Shown here piece after piece: positions 24,800-38,338 of a stretch of 42,166 nt of DNA; position 1 is the first letter of the stretch, and every line of letters starts with the position of its first letter. The stretch covers positions 1,636,690 through 1,678,855 of the forward strand of contig NMRA01000019.1 in NCBI GenBank assembly GCA_002633005.1, given 5' to 3'. Under the pieces are notes generated by a model, which saw only the letters and a list, made by a program, of their open reading frames with translations, was not told the DNA's origin and made no database searches. This DNA is from Phoronis australis. Lineage: Eukaryota; Animalia; Phoronida. Position numbers and translations under genes: made by a program.

Positions 24800-26172
24800 C
24801 CTAGTGTCCATTTTAGTTTTTTAGGGTTGCCTCTGTCATCTTCGTTACCCTTGGATGGATTTTCAAGAAATTTGGCAGAAAGATTTACAATAAGATGACA
24901 TTTTCCGACGTTTTTTAGTGTTCAGGTTTGCCTTTGTATCCCAAAACCATTGAAAGGAACGTTGTGAAAATCGGTAGGTGTCTTTGTGATGAGGAAGCTG
25001 CAGTTGACGTTGATTTTCCTGCGAGTTCGACTACTCTGGTGCTCCATAGTTCATTGACTTTTTATTTCAATTCGGAACCGCGGCTGTTTCTCCTTAACCC
25101 TTTGCAGAAACTTAATTAGCAAACGTGTCTCTATGAAGTTGACAACAGCTGATTACTAATTTCAGGCCACTACGGCCATCGGTTGATCCTTAGTGGCAAC
25201 GTTTGTACGTTTTGCTGTGCATTTCCTGAGTTCATTTGATGAATTTTCACGAGACTTTGCAAATAGGTTTTTATTAAGGTGGGGACTGTAGCTTTTCGTT
25301 TTCGGGCAAATTTTACATATTGTGCGCCTTCTAGTAGTTTCTTTTAGTTTCAAGTCTATCTACCAAAATACTTGTGAAAATTGGCAGGTGTATTTCTGAC
25401 TAGAAGGACGCGGGTGACGTGGATGTTAGGACGGGTTCCGCTACTTTGGTACCCCTTAGTGATATTTTTCCGCCGGCGACTGTGTCTCCTTGACCTTATT
25501 TAGGATAATTGTGAAATGTTGCGGTCATGTTCTTATGGAGCTGACAACAATTTGTGACGCATTTCAAACCCAGTCGATTACCACTGTCGCCCTTACTGTC
25601 ACTGTTAGTTGTTTGCCTCTGTATTTTCGGATTTCACTGATTGATTTTTCTGAAATTTGGCTAAAATATTTCCATCAGCAGATGATGATATATTTTGTAT
25701 ACATTTGATGTAATTTTACATCATCTGCAGTGTAGTGGCTATTTTTGTCCCTGATAAGAATACGTTGATTTGTGGACAGATTTGACACCTGTGACGCTTT
25801 CTGGATGCGATTTCTGTCGTTCTTGCCTCCTCAGCTGTATCTCCTTACTTCTTTGGTGGATATTAGTTTGATGTTTTAAATTCTACTTCAGTTAACTACG
25901 ACTTTTGTACTGTTGTGACTATCGCTGGACCGACTTGTAGCAATTTTAATTTTTATGTTTGCCTCTGTATCGTCGCAGTTCTTTGACAGCTTTTATTGAA
26001 ATGGGGTTATTGTAATGATGGCAATAACACCTATTCATTTTTGGATAAAATTGAGGTAATCAGGGTCACATTGTGTCCATTTTTGACACTAATAAACATG
26101 TCTAGAAGAACACAGTTACTCTTATAGTTGCTGTCGTGGGCGCATTTCAACTTTCTGAGTTGTTCTTTTTTT
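24800..26172 (+). mobile_element. Helentron/DINE-1-like element with degenerate internal repeats
   Basis: Recurrent gtttgcctctgtat...gattttc..gaaatttggc units at about 24826, 24926, 25611 and 25957. A 3' mini-hairpin CAACTttctgAGTTG (26148-26162) is followed by a T-run. Confidence 0.45.
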
Positions 26173-26803
26173 TGGTCTCAGGGTTAGGTCTCGACTAAAG
26201 ATCTTAAAAGCGCAATCTAGTTAAAAAAACTTAAAGATATTTATACCGAAATTAAGTAATATATAACATGGCGTAATGTTCACATCCTTTCTGTTATCAA
26301 ACTAAAAGCCATTTTGAGCCCAATTTAGGACCTCGGCTGGAAATCGGGAAATCGTCGACTGTTTCCGTGACCTGAGTGCCTGCGTGTTGATTCAGGAATG
26401 ATTCCTGAATGTCGGTCATGTTGTCCTTGAAAACGTACATTTATTGACAACACCTTTCGCGCAAAAGCGTTGTTACTTTGTTTGGTTGTTTTTGATTCTC
26501 ATTTTGGTTCCTTTATACAAACTTGATTACTAATTGTCCAAATTTTACGTGTTCTTTGCATATGACGAACGGTATTTAATGCATAATCATAAGTTTGTGA
26601 AGTACATGTATGTCGCATCTCCCTTAGCCAACATTCGGCTCGGCTACTGAGGTCAGCCCTGACTCATCGCCAGGGTACGTCAAATTTCAGCAACAGTACT
26701 CGTTTAGGTAATAATTAGAGAAAAAAACTTTGTTGGTCAACAAATGTTTTATCTTTATAAGAAACAATAAATAAATCTACTACTGGACTTACGCGTGTAG
26801 AGA

Positions 26804-26844
26804 TGGCTACGTTGCGTCCTCCTCTCTAGGACTTCATCAGGCCA
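26804..26844 (-). ncRNA. Degenerate minimal type I hammerhead ribozyme motif (Penelope-like element remnant)
   Basis: The minus strand reads TGGC-CTGATGA-A-GTCCT-agagagg-AGGAC-GCAA-CGTA-GCCA. Stems I and II pair, but the core GAAA is changed to GCAA. Confidence 0.6.
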
Positions 26845-26936
26845 CTGAGTTGTCACGTGACATGTCATGTGATCCGTCGTGCAGTTTCCGCGGGATTCTC
26901 TTCAGCGCCCTATCCCATGTCCTAGGTAAGTGAAAC

Positions 26937-26994
26937 CGCAGCCCCCCTGTCTATTGAGGCTAGGATCCTAGCCTCAATAGACAGGGGGGCTGCG
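26937..26994. repeat. Perfect 58-bp palindrome
   Basis: CGCAGCCCCCCTGTCTATTGAGGCTAGGA|TCCTAGCCTCAATAGACAGGGGGGCTGCG has no spacer and no mismatch. Confidence 0.97.
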
Positions 26995-28190
26995 TGTAAT
27001 GAATTTGAATGTCGGCGATTGGAAAATATTGCAGTATTAGAAACATTACTCAGTATTTTCTTAATCTCTATGTCACAGTAATTTCACTCATTCAAGGCCC
27101 GAGTAGCCAATTAATGTGCTCATCTTGCCCCGCGGAGCACAAGTTTCCGCGCACCGGCGGCAGCCTAGGCGGTCCGACACCGCCGGGTAGCAGCTTATAC
27201 GGGTTTTTGGCTAAGTGAGAATTATTCCTTTTACTTTAAACTCTTTAATGCTGATATTATATCATTTGACACCATGAAAAGTTTTCCTCTTGAAGTTATT
27301 TAGCCACGAAATGGTGTTCTGTGGGCAGTCGGTCAGCCGCCCCGCCGTAACGGAAGTTGTGGGAGACCACCACCGGTGTCATAGTTTCCGTCTAAATTTA
27401 TTTCCGATATTTTCGCAAGTTTAATTGTCAAGATATTCTTGCTGTAAAGCATTTTTTTCAATTTTTTGATGTCACATGTTCCTTGTTCTGTTGATACTGC
27501 TTGTTTACCAGTGTTAGTAACACAGTAAAACACGCTTGTCGCCTAGTCCGCCATGTTCGGCCCGTTGGCACAGGACTGTGACTAGTCCGTAACTTTATGC
27601 AAGTGTCGGGACAATCTTCGTATGTATACGGCATTTATGATTTGAACCCTATATTCCTATAAACAGTCGGGGACGGCATGCCTCCGTCTTTTGTCAGTGG
27701 GAGTGGTCTCGATCGGTCCGCACCGGATCATTGGCAGCAGGTCCGTGTCCGGCAAAATCCTTTCTGTCAAAACTTATTTTGCCGCAATTTGTCAACTTTT
27801 TGAGTACAAATTGACCCTATTTTTGCTTTAAGAACGTTAAGGCTGGTAACAGACACTGCTTCAGTCACACAGCCGGCGTACTTAAGCCTGGATTCCTGAA
27901 TGATTTGTACTTCCGGTTTCGCGGTTAGTTCAAATTGGCGATGTTTTCTTTGGGACGGAATTGCGAGTGGCGTGTTTATTTAAACTTCCTTCGAGTTGAG
28001 GGATTGTGCATTGGTTGTGGGATAGGTGCTGCGCAATTCCTCATGATTTCTTCTAACCATTTAACAAGAGTTAAAAGCGTGTACTTCTAGGAATTTAAAA
28101 GAACCCAAGTTGACAAAGAAATAGTTAAATAGCATTGTTGGCAACCACAAATATGATCATGATATGTATGATTTGAATATTTTATTTTAA

Positions 28191-29115
28191 AGGCGAAATC
28201 AACCTTTTTTCATGTCATTTTAAATAAAAGTACGATTTGTAACCTACTCCGGAAGTGACGTTTAGGGGGTTAAGAATTTCTCGCCATATTGTTTCCATGT
28301 AGTCTGACTGTGTGAGCAGTCGGCTCAGCCATTGTTTTGTACCTCCGTTGTATATTAAGTTTGGTAATCGTTAACGTTTGTTTACCAGTCGGTCCAAATT
28401 TCGCATAGTTGGCGTCCACTGGGAAGTACTCATTGTCATCCCACACGCACATTGGGTATGCGATCACGTCACTTTCCAAAAGATGACACACTCCGCGGTA
28501 GGCTGCTTGGTTCGTTACTGTGAAAAACGCAGCGTTATCCGAATCCCCGCGAGGTATAGCCTCTATAGTGACTGAAGGTCCTTTATCTACTGTCACTCGC
28601 GCCTCCGAACGTACTCCAGAGCAATGGTTCGTCCTGGCAGGTGTTTTCTCCAGCCCAGAGCCTGTAACTACGAGCCCTGTGGCGATGTTGAGTAGTGAGA
28701 GTGGATGTAGGCCCAGTGCAACACCCAGTGAGGACACTTCGTCGCCAGTGAAGAGGCCGTCGCTCACGTCACTGTGATATGAGTCGACAACCCCAGCCAT
28801 TTTCAAGTTACTGCAAACTAAACGACCCTTTAATCGTAATTTAGTTATTTAAGAACTTCGGTTTTCGTAAAATACTCGTCGATGGGAAGTGGTGGTGACA
28901 ATTTTAGGAAACCAGCACAAAATCAACAGATTACCACAGTAAATTAGAACGCTGAAACCAAAGGGCGGGAAGATTTTAACCCCCTAAAAGTCACTTCCGG
29001 AGTAGGGCACAACTAATAAGTTAAATTACGAAAAGCTGTAAGTGAATAGCATGTGTGGGATAATCAAGAAACCGTATGTTCACCAAAAATGGCATGAAGA
29101 AGTTTGTCTTCGCCT
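28191..29115. mobile_element. Kolobok-type non-autonomous DNA transposon (925 bp) carrying a KolX-like remnant
   Basis: Ends are TTAA|AGGCGAA ... TTCGCCT|TTAA. The TIRs are bipartite: an outer part of about 45 bp and inner parts 28243-28285 vs 28963-29006. Confidence 0.85.
28270..28800 (-). pseudogene. 176-aa ORF resembling Kolobok KolX / P2X7-C-terminal-like protein, probably decayed
   Basis: AAAATGG start, an acidic Ser-rich N-terminus, and QAAYR...PMCV...YFP...YAKF resembling AYR...IPxCV...FP...YxGF. The GKxRxRIP part lies in another frame. Confidence 0.5.
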
Positions 29116-31431
29116 TTAAGCAATTTGCATTTCTATGCTACAAGTAAGCTGTCTTAAAACAAAGTCAAATCAAGTTTCTTTTTTAAGAATTAAAACGTGT
29201 CTAATTGTTCTACGACGTTATTCTAATTGCATCAAAGAACTTTTCAGACCTTACGGTTTTCTTTCAATTCCAGCTAATTTAAACTGATGCTATCGTGTCA
29301 AGGGTTTTCGTTCAGTTCTATCGGCTCCACTGGTAACGGCATGTCTGTGGGCTTGTGAAAACGCTGGTTGTACCTTTATGCTGTTTGAGTCTCACAATTA
29401 AATCAATAATTTTTTAATTTTAATACAAATCACAAGTAAAGTTTACGTTGAATTCTTCATGTTAACGAAAAAAGTAGAGGTCTTTCATGCAACGCTACTA
29501 ATTTAAGTATCTCATTACTTTGACTGAATTAAGGGTTCAATTTTTAGTTATATAATTATTATTTGTCAAAGAGGTGGCCATAATAAAGATAGATTATAAA
29601 AATGCTACATGTTTGAGGAAAAACGAAACAAATAGGCAAAAGATTTAAGGGGCTTAATGGGATTGTTTCATGCACGCGCGTACTGAAATTTGCGGGCCCT
29701 TACAATTTTTAATGCCCCCAAACGTTCATCTCTCCCCCACTTGACACAGCACTCCTTTCCAAAGGAACCCAGATTTCGAGCCCCTTCCGGGTCTCCAAAA
29801 CTCTCGAGGTACCCCTGTCCCAATAAAACCCGCCGTTATGCAACCGAATTGCGCAACAGTCACATCGTAAGAGGTCTCTTCATCAGTTCTTCATGGTGGA
29901 TGCTTTTAGTAGAAGCAAACAAATGGTCCAATTCATTAATAATCGTCGTTTTGCATACTTGAAGGGTTTCTAAAAGCCAATTGTATTGCCGAAATTCGAA
30001 AAACAACGGGGAGAAACAGTAACGTAAAAAAGGAAATGAACCAGAGTGGTTAAATCACTGAATACGTGGAATTAAAGCAGCAGTGGAATAATTTCAATAA
30101 TTCAAAAGATATAATACCGTATCGAGACATAGCTTTCAGTTTACGGATCTCCCACAGTTGGTGTAAAGAATTCATCCAAATTATACAATATCATTCCAGG
30201 TGTGTCGGTTAGTCACAGAGCGGATTTGGCCTGTTCTCTAATTGATAGCAGACACTCTTTAATGTGTAATTCTTTTGCGACATTTAAAAATATTGGTTTG
30301 TGTTGTGTCCACCATGTGGCACTAGCTGACGGGTGACGTAGTGATCTGTCATAAAGATAATAAATGTTGTGTGGTCATCAAATGGTCTGTTCTGTCTGTC
30401 TATGTGGAGAATATGTTTGGCCAACCTGATCGTTTTGATGCGGAAATGCCTGATTCAGTCACGGGTTTCGGCACGAAAACGATAAAGCTGCCACAGTATG
30501 CATGTATTCTCCACAAAGACCGACGAAACTCACGACTTGATGACCACACAAGTTTTATTTTGATTTTGACGGATCACAACACAAATACCTCACACCTCTG
30601 ACTGATTTTGCTTTTAGGTTCGGTCTTATGAAACAGGGCTAGTACAGTTTGGTCTGACGGTAGGCCAATTTTGGTTAGGTTAAGACAGAAAAGTTTTATG
30701 AAACTGACACCTTATCCACGGTTGCTACTCTTAGTCTCGTTTTTGCAGCCTCTCGCAACATAAGTGCCGTTATTGAACTGTCGCGGAAGGTGGGTGCGCA
30801 GGGCATCATTGGTATAGTGACCTTCACTATACAGTGTCTAACCCGAATGAAAACACCTGTTGCTGTTTGTGTAGTTTGTGCCATACATCTCTACCAAAAT
30901 AATCAAGCAGTACCAGAAGGAACGTAGGCACGTTTTCCAACAAATGCCAAGCTTTATTTTCTGTAGGTCTAGTCACAAGAACGCCTCAAGTATACGAATA
31001 TACTTTGTATACATGTAATTTTGCACTACTTCCAGCTCCAGTTAGTTACAATTAAAACAATATATTTCACAAGAAATGTTAAACAAGTAATGCTATACGA
31101 TTCAAACTACAGTAAACACAAAGAACTATAACAATGGATTATTTGATGAGACCATTTTTTCACTTTCCCACAATATCAATTAGGAGAATTTGATAGCTAC
31201 TACACAACTGTTTTCCGTCATATTGTTTAGCAGTCAAAACGTTTTCTAATGTATAACTTTTGACAAACCGATTTGAAATCAGCGCAGGCTATTCGGTAAC
31301 TTTTGCCTTAGGTAAAATCCCTAGATAAGTCAAAAGTAAATATCCATTCATGTGGGTGGTACTAGGGGCCCACTATTCAAACGAAAAATAGTCTCGTTCG
31401 TAAATATTGTCACACGAGCTGACACCAAGGA

Positions 31432-32267
31432 CTAAAATAAAACATGCTCTTTATCCGAAAGGTATTTTGCTACACTCTGATTAGAATACCTAAAGTCGAT
31501 GCGAAGATCTTTTTCGCGATGAGGACGAAGATCTACCATTGATCTGGTGTTGTGGTTTTCAGTTGGAAGTAGTTCTTCAACCGAAGGAAAGAATATTTGG
31601 GTACTTACAGACGTCAACTGGCTAGCAGACGACAAATGGCTAGAAGAGATTTTGAATTTCGGTGGCGACGGTGGGCGAATCAAATTTACAGTTACCTGCG
31701 GCGGCTGATAGGTTTCTTTCAGGTTCTCTAGACCTTTTTGGACTTTTTCTTTGTCACCTTTACCCATGTCGGCGGCAACTATCACTAGATTCTTAAGCGT
31801 AGCCTGGAGCTTGGAATACTTGATGGATTGCTCACGACCTTTATGTTTATCTTTCCGTGTCTTCTTCTCAGCAGACGTGCGTCCATCCTTGGGAGCTTCG
31901 GACATGGACATGTTCGCTTTCTGCTCGGAAACACCTGACTGTTCCTCAACAGTTTGCACTGCAAAACTTTCTTCTATCACGTTCGTCACAAATTTTTGAC
32001 TTTTTTCCAGCAAATTTGTATCGAACACCATTGTTTCGTCCATGGTTGCTTCGAGCAATTCCTTGTCTCCTTGAAGAAGCGCTGCCATGCGGATGATGAT
32101 GCGATCAAACTCCTTGCGTGAGTGACGATAAAATTCCTCCCACTCCATGATGTATGTGTCTCTCATCCACCAAATAAAGATGATGAGGCCGCTGAGTGTA
32201 GCCGCTGCAACAAGCCAGGTCCAAGTGAGTTGTCTTTCAAATTCATTCACGTTGTTCGGTATGGACG
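31432..32267 (-). CDS. Terminal exon with TM helix and long cytoplasmic tail
   Basis: The 272-aa ORF 31432..32250 extends in frame to a phase-1 acceptor TTTTAAG at 32268. TM segment WTWLVAAATLSGLIIFIWW. Confidence 0.75.
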
Positions 32268-34299
32268 CTTAAAATTGTACAAACATAATTACACTTACAC
32301 ATTACAAAAAATGATAACCAAATGACGTTACATGGAGCTCGCAAGGTTTTGTTCAGCTTGCGATATCTATGCGACGGGCATGAGTGCGTCTCATAGTTAT
32401 CAGCTGTGGGACACATTACCATTGTTTTCCTTCGTTGCGACTTTATTGGAAATAAAAATTCAAGTCGCGTGGATATCGTTCCATGGGCACACATCAGCTA
32501 GGTAGCACTAAACGTGTGTCATTATCTTGATTACTACAAATAAAACAAGAAAACAATGGATGCGTCCATTTAATGACCCCTATCTGACGAGCTTGCTATC
32601 TAGTTTCCCGTGGGGTAGACATTGTGATTTTACTACAGAAACTTGTTGCCATTCTAATAGACGAGAGGTGAGAGGTGAGTTTTGAAAATTAAATCATGGA
32701 TTGAAATGCCGACAGTGGTAGGTGTATTCTCCACTTCATTTGTTATGACCAAAACATACATCTAGAGACAAAATTGGTTCGGATCTCTAATCTGCACATA
32801 AGCATGCACGTAAAATGCCAATGGAAGACTCGTAGACAAGATTTTACTTTGAAACAGATGATTTATTTCTTTTCTATATACCTCAGTTTTTCTTGGAGAA
32901 CATCTGCCAAACATCGTGACACAGTCAAAAAGTATACAGAATTGATAGCCGATAAAATACAAAACTATGACAACATTCGATAATTATTTACGTTAAAGGA
33001 GAATGCAACCCAGAAAGCAACACATTATATATCAATTTAGATCGAGTAGCTCCACTCGATAGTAGCAAGTACAACAGATACCTGACGGCAGACGGAGGTG
33101 TTGAAATTAACCCATAACGTCAGAGGTTCGAACGCAGTCAGTTCAGCACTTCACAACACGCAAACTGCAGTCAGTTGTTTGCTTAAATTCATCGTTTTAC
33201 ACTAATAAATCCTCAAAATGCAATGTAAAACCCTTACACATACATCGAGTTATTAAAGAAATGTGTTGTTTCATTTCGCTGTTACCGGTTGTTAGGTATT
33301 TGAACGTACCGTACTACAAAGTTCGGTAGGCCAATTTACCAAGGTCGATTGTGGAAGTTTGGGGTTTGTTCGGGGTGATAAATTCGAATTATTCGTCCGT
33401 GAAATACAGTTAGGAGAACATAGCTGTGCGTTGTAATTTTACACTTGCGATTTTTGTCAGTTCTAAACACACAAAACGCTTGCTATCCCGCCCAGTGGCT
33501 CGGAAATCCACCTGGCCCATCGCGGCCGGACTGAAGGGATCACGAATATAAACCAGCCAAAGTTGGAAACTAAAATTCCAGTCTCCGCAAAGGCTATACT
33601 AGTGAGCCAAAGAAATAATGTGAACGTGATTGCTTTGGTGAATTAGCCGCAAAACTGCAAATCTACTTACAAGCTCGTCGGGGGATGCGAAGTCAAGTAA
33701 CCGTTCCACAGAACCGTATGGGCAAAAGTTGTACAGTAACAATGATTCGAATCATGTGTATGAATATCTGAATAAAGATTCCCCTAACATCTGAAATTAT
33801 ATGATATATAATTGAGTTATTGTTTCACAACAGCTTTCTGTCAGCAACCATTGATTGACCATGCCCTCACACGACCTTGGTGCCCGGTCAATTAGTTTAT
33901 TGCATCTAAAGCCGTTAACGCAGTGATTTATTCATTGCCGGCTTCTCAAAACATTTTCACTCACGAACACTCCAAGGCATTACAATTTGTATCTAATGAG
34001 ATAGACTTTGTTTCAATTTTATATGAGTTTTGGTTGGGGGCAGAACTGAATAATTTATTTTGAAACAGAACGCACATTGATAAACTTCAACGTGGCAACT
34101 CGCAAGATCGACTTAGACGGGAGCTTATCCGACGAAAACTTCACACGTCGATCGTTAGGTTTCACAGGTTATCAGTTCAAACCGGAATACACTGATCAAG
34201 AACTAGAGAGGCTCTGTGAACATGCACAGACAACGGAACGTGGATAGTTCCGAAAACCGTTTAAATGACTTGTCATGGTGCCATGATAATGGAAACGAC

Positions 34300-34369
<70 letters not shown>

Positions 34370-37300
34370 TTTTATTATTGTTATTATTATTATTATTTAC
34401 CATTTTTATTAAAGTAATATTTACAATGAGGGTAGCCCCATCACTTCGCACAGTCACTGATTTCCATGGGGGCGTTTACTGCAACGAAATTCCGCAACTG
34501 AAACGCCTTCTTGGAGAAGAGCATATGTCTAGCCAAGGACAATCCTGGCTTTGCATCGATTCTAAACAGAAGTATGCTTACAACGTTCAGCTGAGAAAAA
34601 AGAATTGGCAAAAGCATCTTACACCCAGAGGAAAAAACAGAAGGCTGACGAACGAGTCAATCATCAAACAGGTTATTTAAAACGTTATGTTTTCACGCCT
34701 TGAATAAATTGTAATCGTTTATGTTTTCATGGCCAACTACAATTATTTCTCCATAATCAAAAATAATCAACAACCTTGCCGCGTTTCTTTGTCTCTTGCC
34801 TGTCGAAAGTAAACACACTAGGCACAACATCTGACCTCAGCCTCAGTCCCTTTCTCTGCCCTGGCATGAGATGTTTGGTAAGCTGGCATTCGACGGTCAG
34901 TGAAATCACTGTCGAAGCAATGCCAGTCACTGACAGACACGGAGAACTTTCGTGACCTCATACTTGGTATTAACGGCGTAGTTTTCAGTCGTCATTACCG
35001 CGAGCCACTTTCCAAGCCCAATGAGCTCTCAAGGAAATCGAAAATAAAAGATTTACCCGATTTCTTTGCAGCTTCATAGTGTCCACAAGCGGGAAAGACA
35101 CACCTTGCCATAGCGGCACTCACTCTGCAGAAGAACCACTGACGTCGTTCCGTCGTTTCTCACCTTCCTCGCATCATAACGCGACACCTCTCTGCGAGGT
35201 AAGATCCACCGTATTTGAGGTGATGTGGATATAGACCGATAAGACGGTAAAAAGACTAATTAAATTGGGTGGCATTCTCCTTTAAATACAAATAATAATA
35301 CCACTTACGGTTATCCAAAAACATTGAGCAAACATATAAAAGTATGGAGTCCCGTTGTTGTGTAGCAGATGAAGTCTACCGAGTTGGTTTGACATCTTGT
35401 GAAGGGTATAACCAAGCACACACAATGTAAGTCTCTTAAAAATTAAAAATCGTAACTAAGTGGCGCTCCACAGCCTTCCTGCCAACTGTGGCACAAAGAG
35501 CATGGGTGGCTCAAGTGATGACCTTGTTCACATGCGCAGTGAAACTGAGCTGACGGTGGAAGAAAACACCCAGTTGTCTGATTGGCTCAGACTGTGGGAC
35601 TGGAATGTCATTGTAGACAGTGCGAAGGACATCTCTGAGAAGATTGTTGCACTCGTCACGAAGTTGTACCATTGCTGGAGCAATAGTTCTTGACATCGGT
35701 CAGCATTGGATGAGTCCATTCAATGAGACGTTTGAGGTAATTGTTTTCCGCTCGTGAGATGACGTCATCGGATGAGGTCCTGAGTTTGCAAGCTAAGGGC
35801 AGAGTATAGATATTGAAAAGCAGACGGGATAGAGGAGTTTCCTAAGGAAGGCCGGTGTTGATCGCGATCCATTGGGAGCGCCAAATGCCATGTTTTAGCA
35901 TGCATCTTTTCGTACACAGAGCTGTCATGACCCAACGAACGCAGATAACAAAGATCCCAAGATGTGACATGCCATCAGGAAGAACAGGGAGGCGGACAGC
36001 GTTTTAGCCATCTTCAAGTTCAAGTCTCACAAGCAGTACCGTCTGATGGTTTTCAAAACCTTCCCAGATATCGGCTACCAGAAATGGTGCATTAGCCCAA
36101 GTGTTGCTTTGTGGGTGATATGCCCCCATGCCATTAGGAAGCCAAGCATGCTTCGACCAGTCTTATGATACGGCGAGCGATGCTTTTATTTGGCTTGTTG
36201 CCCATAAAGCTTTGCATAACTATGAAGCGATGCCCTTTCAGCAGCATGTGCGCTGAGAAAGGCACCCATCCACTCACATGGGACGGGACCCGACTGCCAA
36301 CTCTCTCTATACGACTTAGTGAGGTGAACTAGGATCGTCTCAGGCGAAGTCCTCAGTGGCAGTGTCCCGACTCCGTCAGTTCCAGGTGCACCATCCTTGT
36401 TGGAGTATAATGCATCACTTGCCTCATCCCCTGAGACGGCAGTGTCACCAGCCGCAAGACAACATTTTTCACTCGGATGGCAGAAAAGCGTCGTATTCAC
36501 GTCAGCATCGTTGTGATGACTATGTGTTGCCACTATCATCATTAAATATAGGACGATGAGCCAATTTTTGCTTGCTTAGGCTGCGGTGGAAGTGCCGGAA
36601 ATCCGTGGCAGTCAGGTTTGCCTAGAACCAAAGTCGATCCCACAGTTGATTGTCGGCCTTAGACGCACCCAGCTTAAATGGGGGGGGGGGGGGCGGAGCA
36701 CTTAAAAAGTGGGGGTTATCGCCCCCCAGCCCCCTATGGTGCGCCGACAATGGCTTTTACTCTGCACTTTTCCTCTTAATCTTAGCTGTTATGAAATATT
36801 CCAGGATAGTGTTATCATGTCTGAGCTCTGCCACACATGCTTTGTTTAACTCCTCATCCCACCAGTAACTAGTGCGCATCCTAGGGGGTCTCGGGGGGCC
36901 CGAATGACCCCCCCTTTTGGCAAAGTGGGCACAAAGGTCCTTCTCAGAGAAACAAAAAGTCCGAGAAAACGTGACAAAAGTGCACTAAAAAGGTATTACC
37001 CCGTTTTTTTAGTCCTACCATTATTCGTCAGCAAAGGGTCCACATCGACAGAAATTCGAGCCCCCCATTTTCATGGCTGGGTACGCTTGAGAAAGGATTT
37101 GCGGCATAGGCGGGTTTAGAAGGGGGACAGGAGGCTCCCCTCTGTTGGCTTCGGGGAAAATAAACAGTAAGAGTTTGAGGAAATATTGATTTTACTAACT
37201 AACCCCCTCTTATTAACATGCAATATATAATATTCTGGTCAGTTTTAGATTGTGTGTGTGCCGGGGGGTCACAGCCGATCGTGAGGCAGTCGGTGCAATC

Positions 37301-38291
37301 GTTTTGTCGTTTTTTAGTCGCTCACACGCCGAGAAACTATACTGTAGGCTCGGCCCTCCCTCGCAACCGTGGTTTGCGCGATTCCCCGAGACAAAATGTC
37401 GCCCAACAACCCCCCTTATGATATGCTGTCAGAATATACACTGACACTGTTTTTAGTTGTATTGTTTTTATTATTCTGTTTAATTGGCACGACCCCTGAG
37501 CTAAGTACAGTGATGATGTAATTTGTTTACTGCAGAGTAGTATGGAACTTTCTAGAAGACTGAGTTCAGAACGGTGATGGTGTCGTTTTTTTACTGCAGT
37601 ATAGTGTGGAACTATAGCATGGCAATTATTAATGCAGTCTGGAATATTCTAGAGACTAGTATATGTTTGTAGAATGATTGGGTAAACTCAGAAAGTTCTA
37701 GAGTGTGCTTGAATTGATGTAAAGTTCCAGAACAATGCGTTAGGCTATAAATACACAAGCGCGGGTTTGTGTTAGTCAGATCAAGCCAGAGACAGTCAGC
37801 AATTCAAGAAAGTTAATCAGGAGAATTAGAGATGAGTTGCACTGGAGAGAATCAGCAGTTATAGTCAATAGAGAGCCAGCTTTTGAGACAGCAGGTTATT
37901 GAAACGACGAGTGTAACAGTTGCTGACGGCCACTGAACGGTTTTAAAGCCCAAGGCTAGATGCCGACGTGAAAGTTGAATCAGTGTTCTCTAAGCGACAC
38001 ATGCACCCAAAGAAAAAAGGAGACGATACATTTTGAAAAAGTATCATGGAATTTGTTATGTCTGGAGGAGGCAGTGTGGCCTGGTTGATAAATGCCCGCT
38101 TTCTTTACTCGAGGTCGTGGGTTCAAGTCCCACCGGGTCAAACTGCTAAACCCTTGAGCCAGGTTTCTAGCTCCTCAGCTCGGTTTTAACCATACATTAA
38201 TAAATCATAAAAATATTTTCAGGTGATCAGAGCAATGGGCCCACTTGCGAGGCCTGCGCACGTCTGGTACAAGGTGTATCAGACCGCATGC

Positions 38292-38338
<47 letters not shown>

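Larger units (their letters stand above)
26618..27220. mobile_element. About 600-bp element bounded by 14-bp inverted repeats
   Basis: TCTCCCTTAGCCAA ... TTGGCTAAGTGAGA with 1 mismatch. It encloses the hammerhead-like motif and the 58-bp palindrome. Confidence 0.45.
32997..35281. mobile_element. Decayed Kolobok-type DNA transposon (2285 bp)
   Basis: Ends are TTAA|AGGAGAATGCAACCCA ... TGGGTGGCATTCTCCT|TTAA, a 16-bp TIR with 1 mismatch. A THAP remnant lies near the right end. Confidence 0.85.

Noticed and set aside
30696-30884. Possible extra exon or small ORF downstream of the TSP1-TM gene
   Set aside because: No recognisable motif and no consistent splice partner.
34216-34680. 154-aa ORF with poly-Tyr/poly-Leu
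   Set aside because: It is a translation of the (TAT)n microsatellite inside a transposon.
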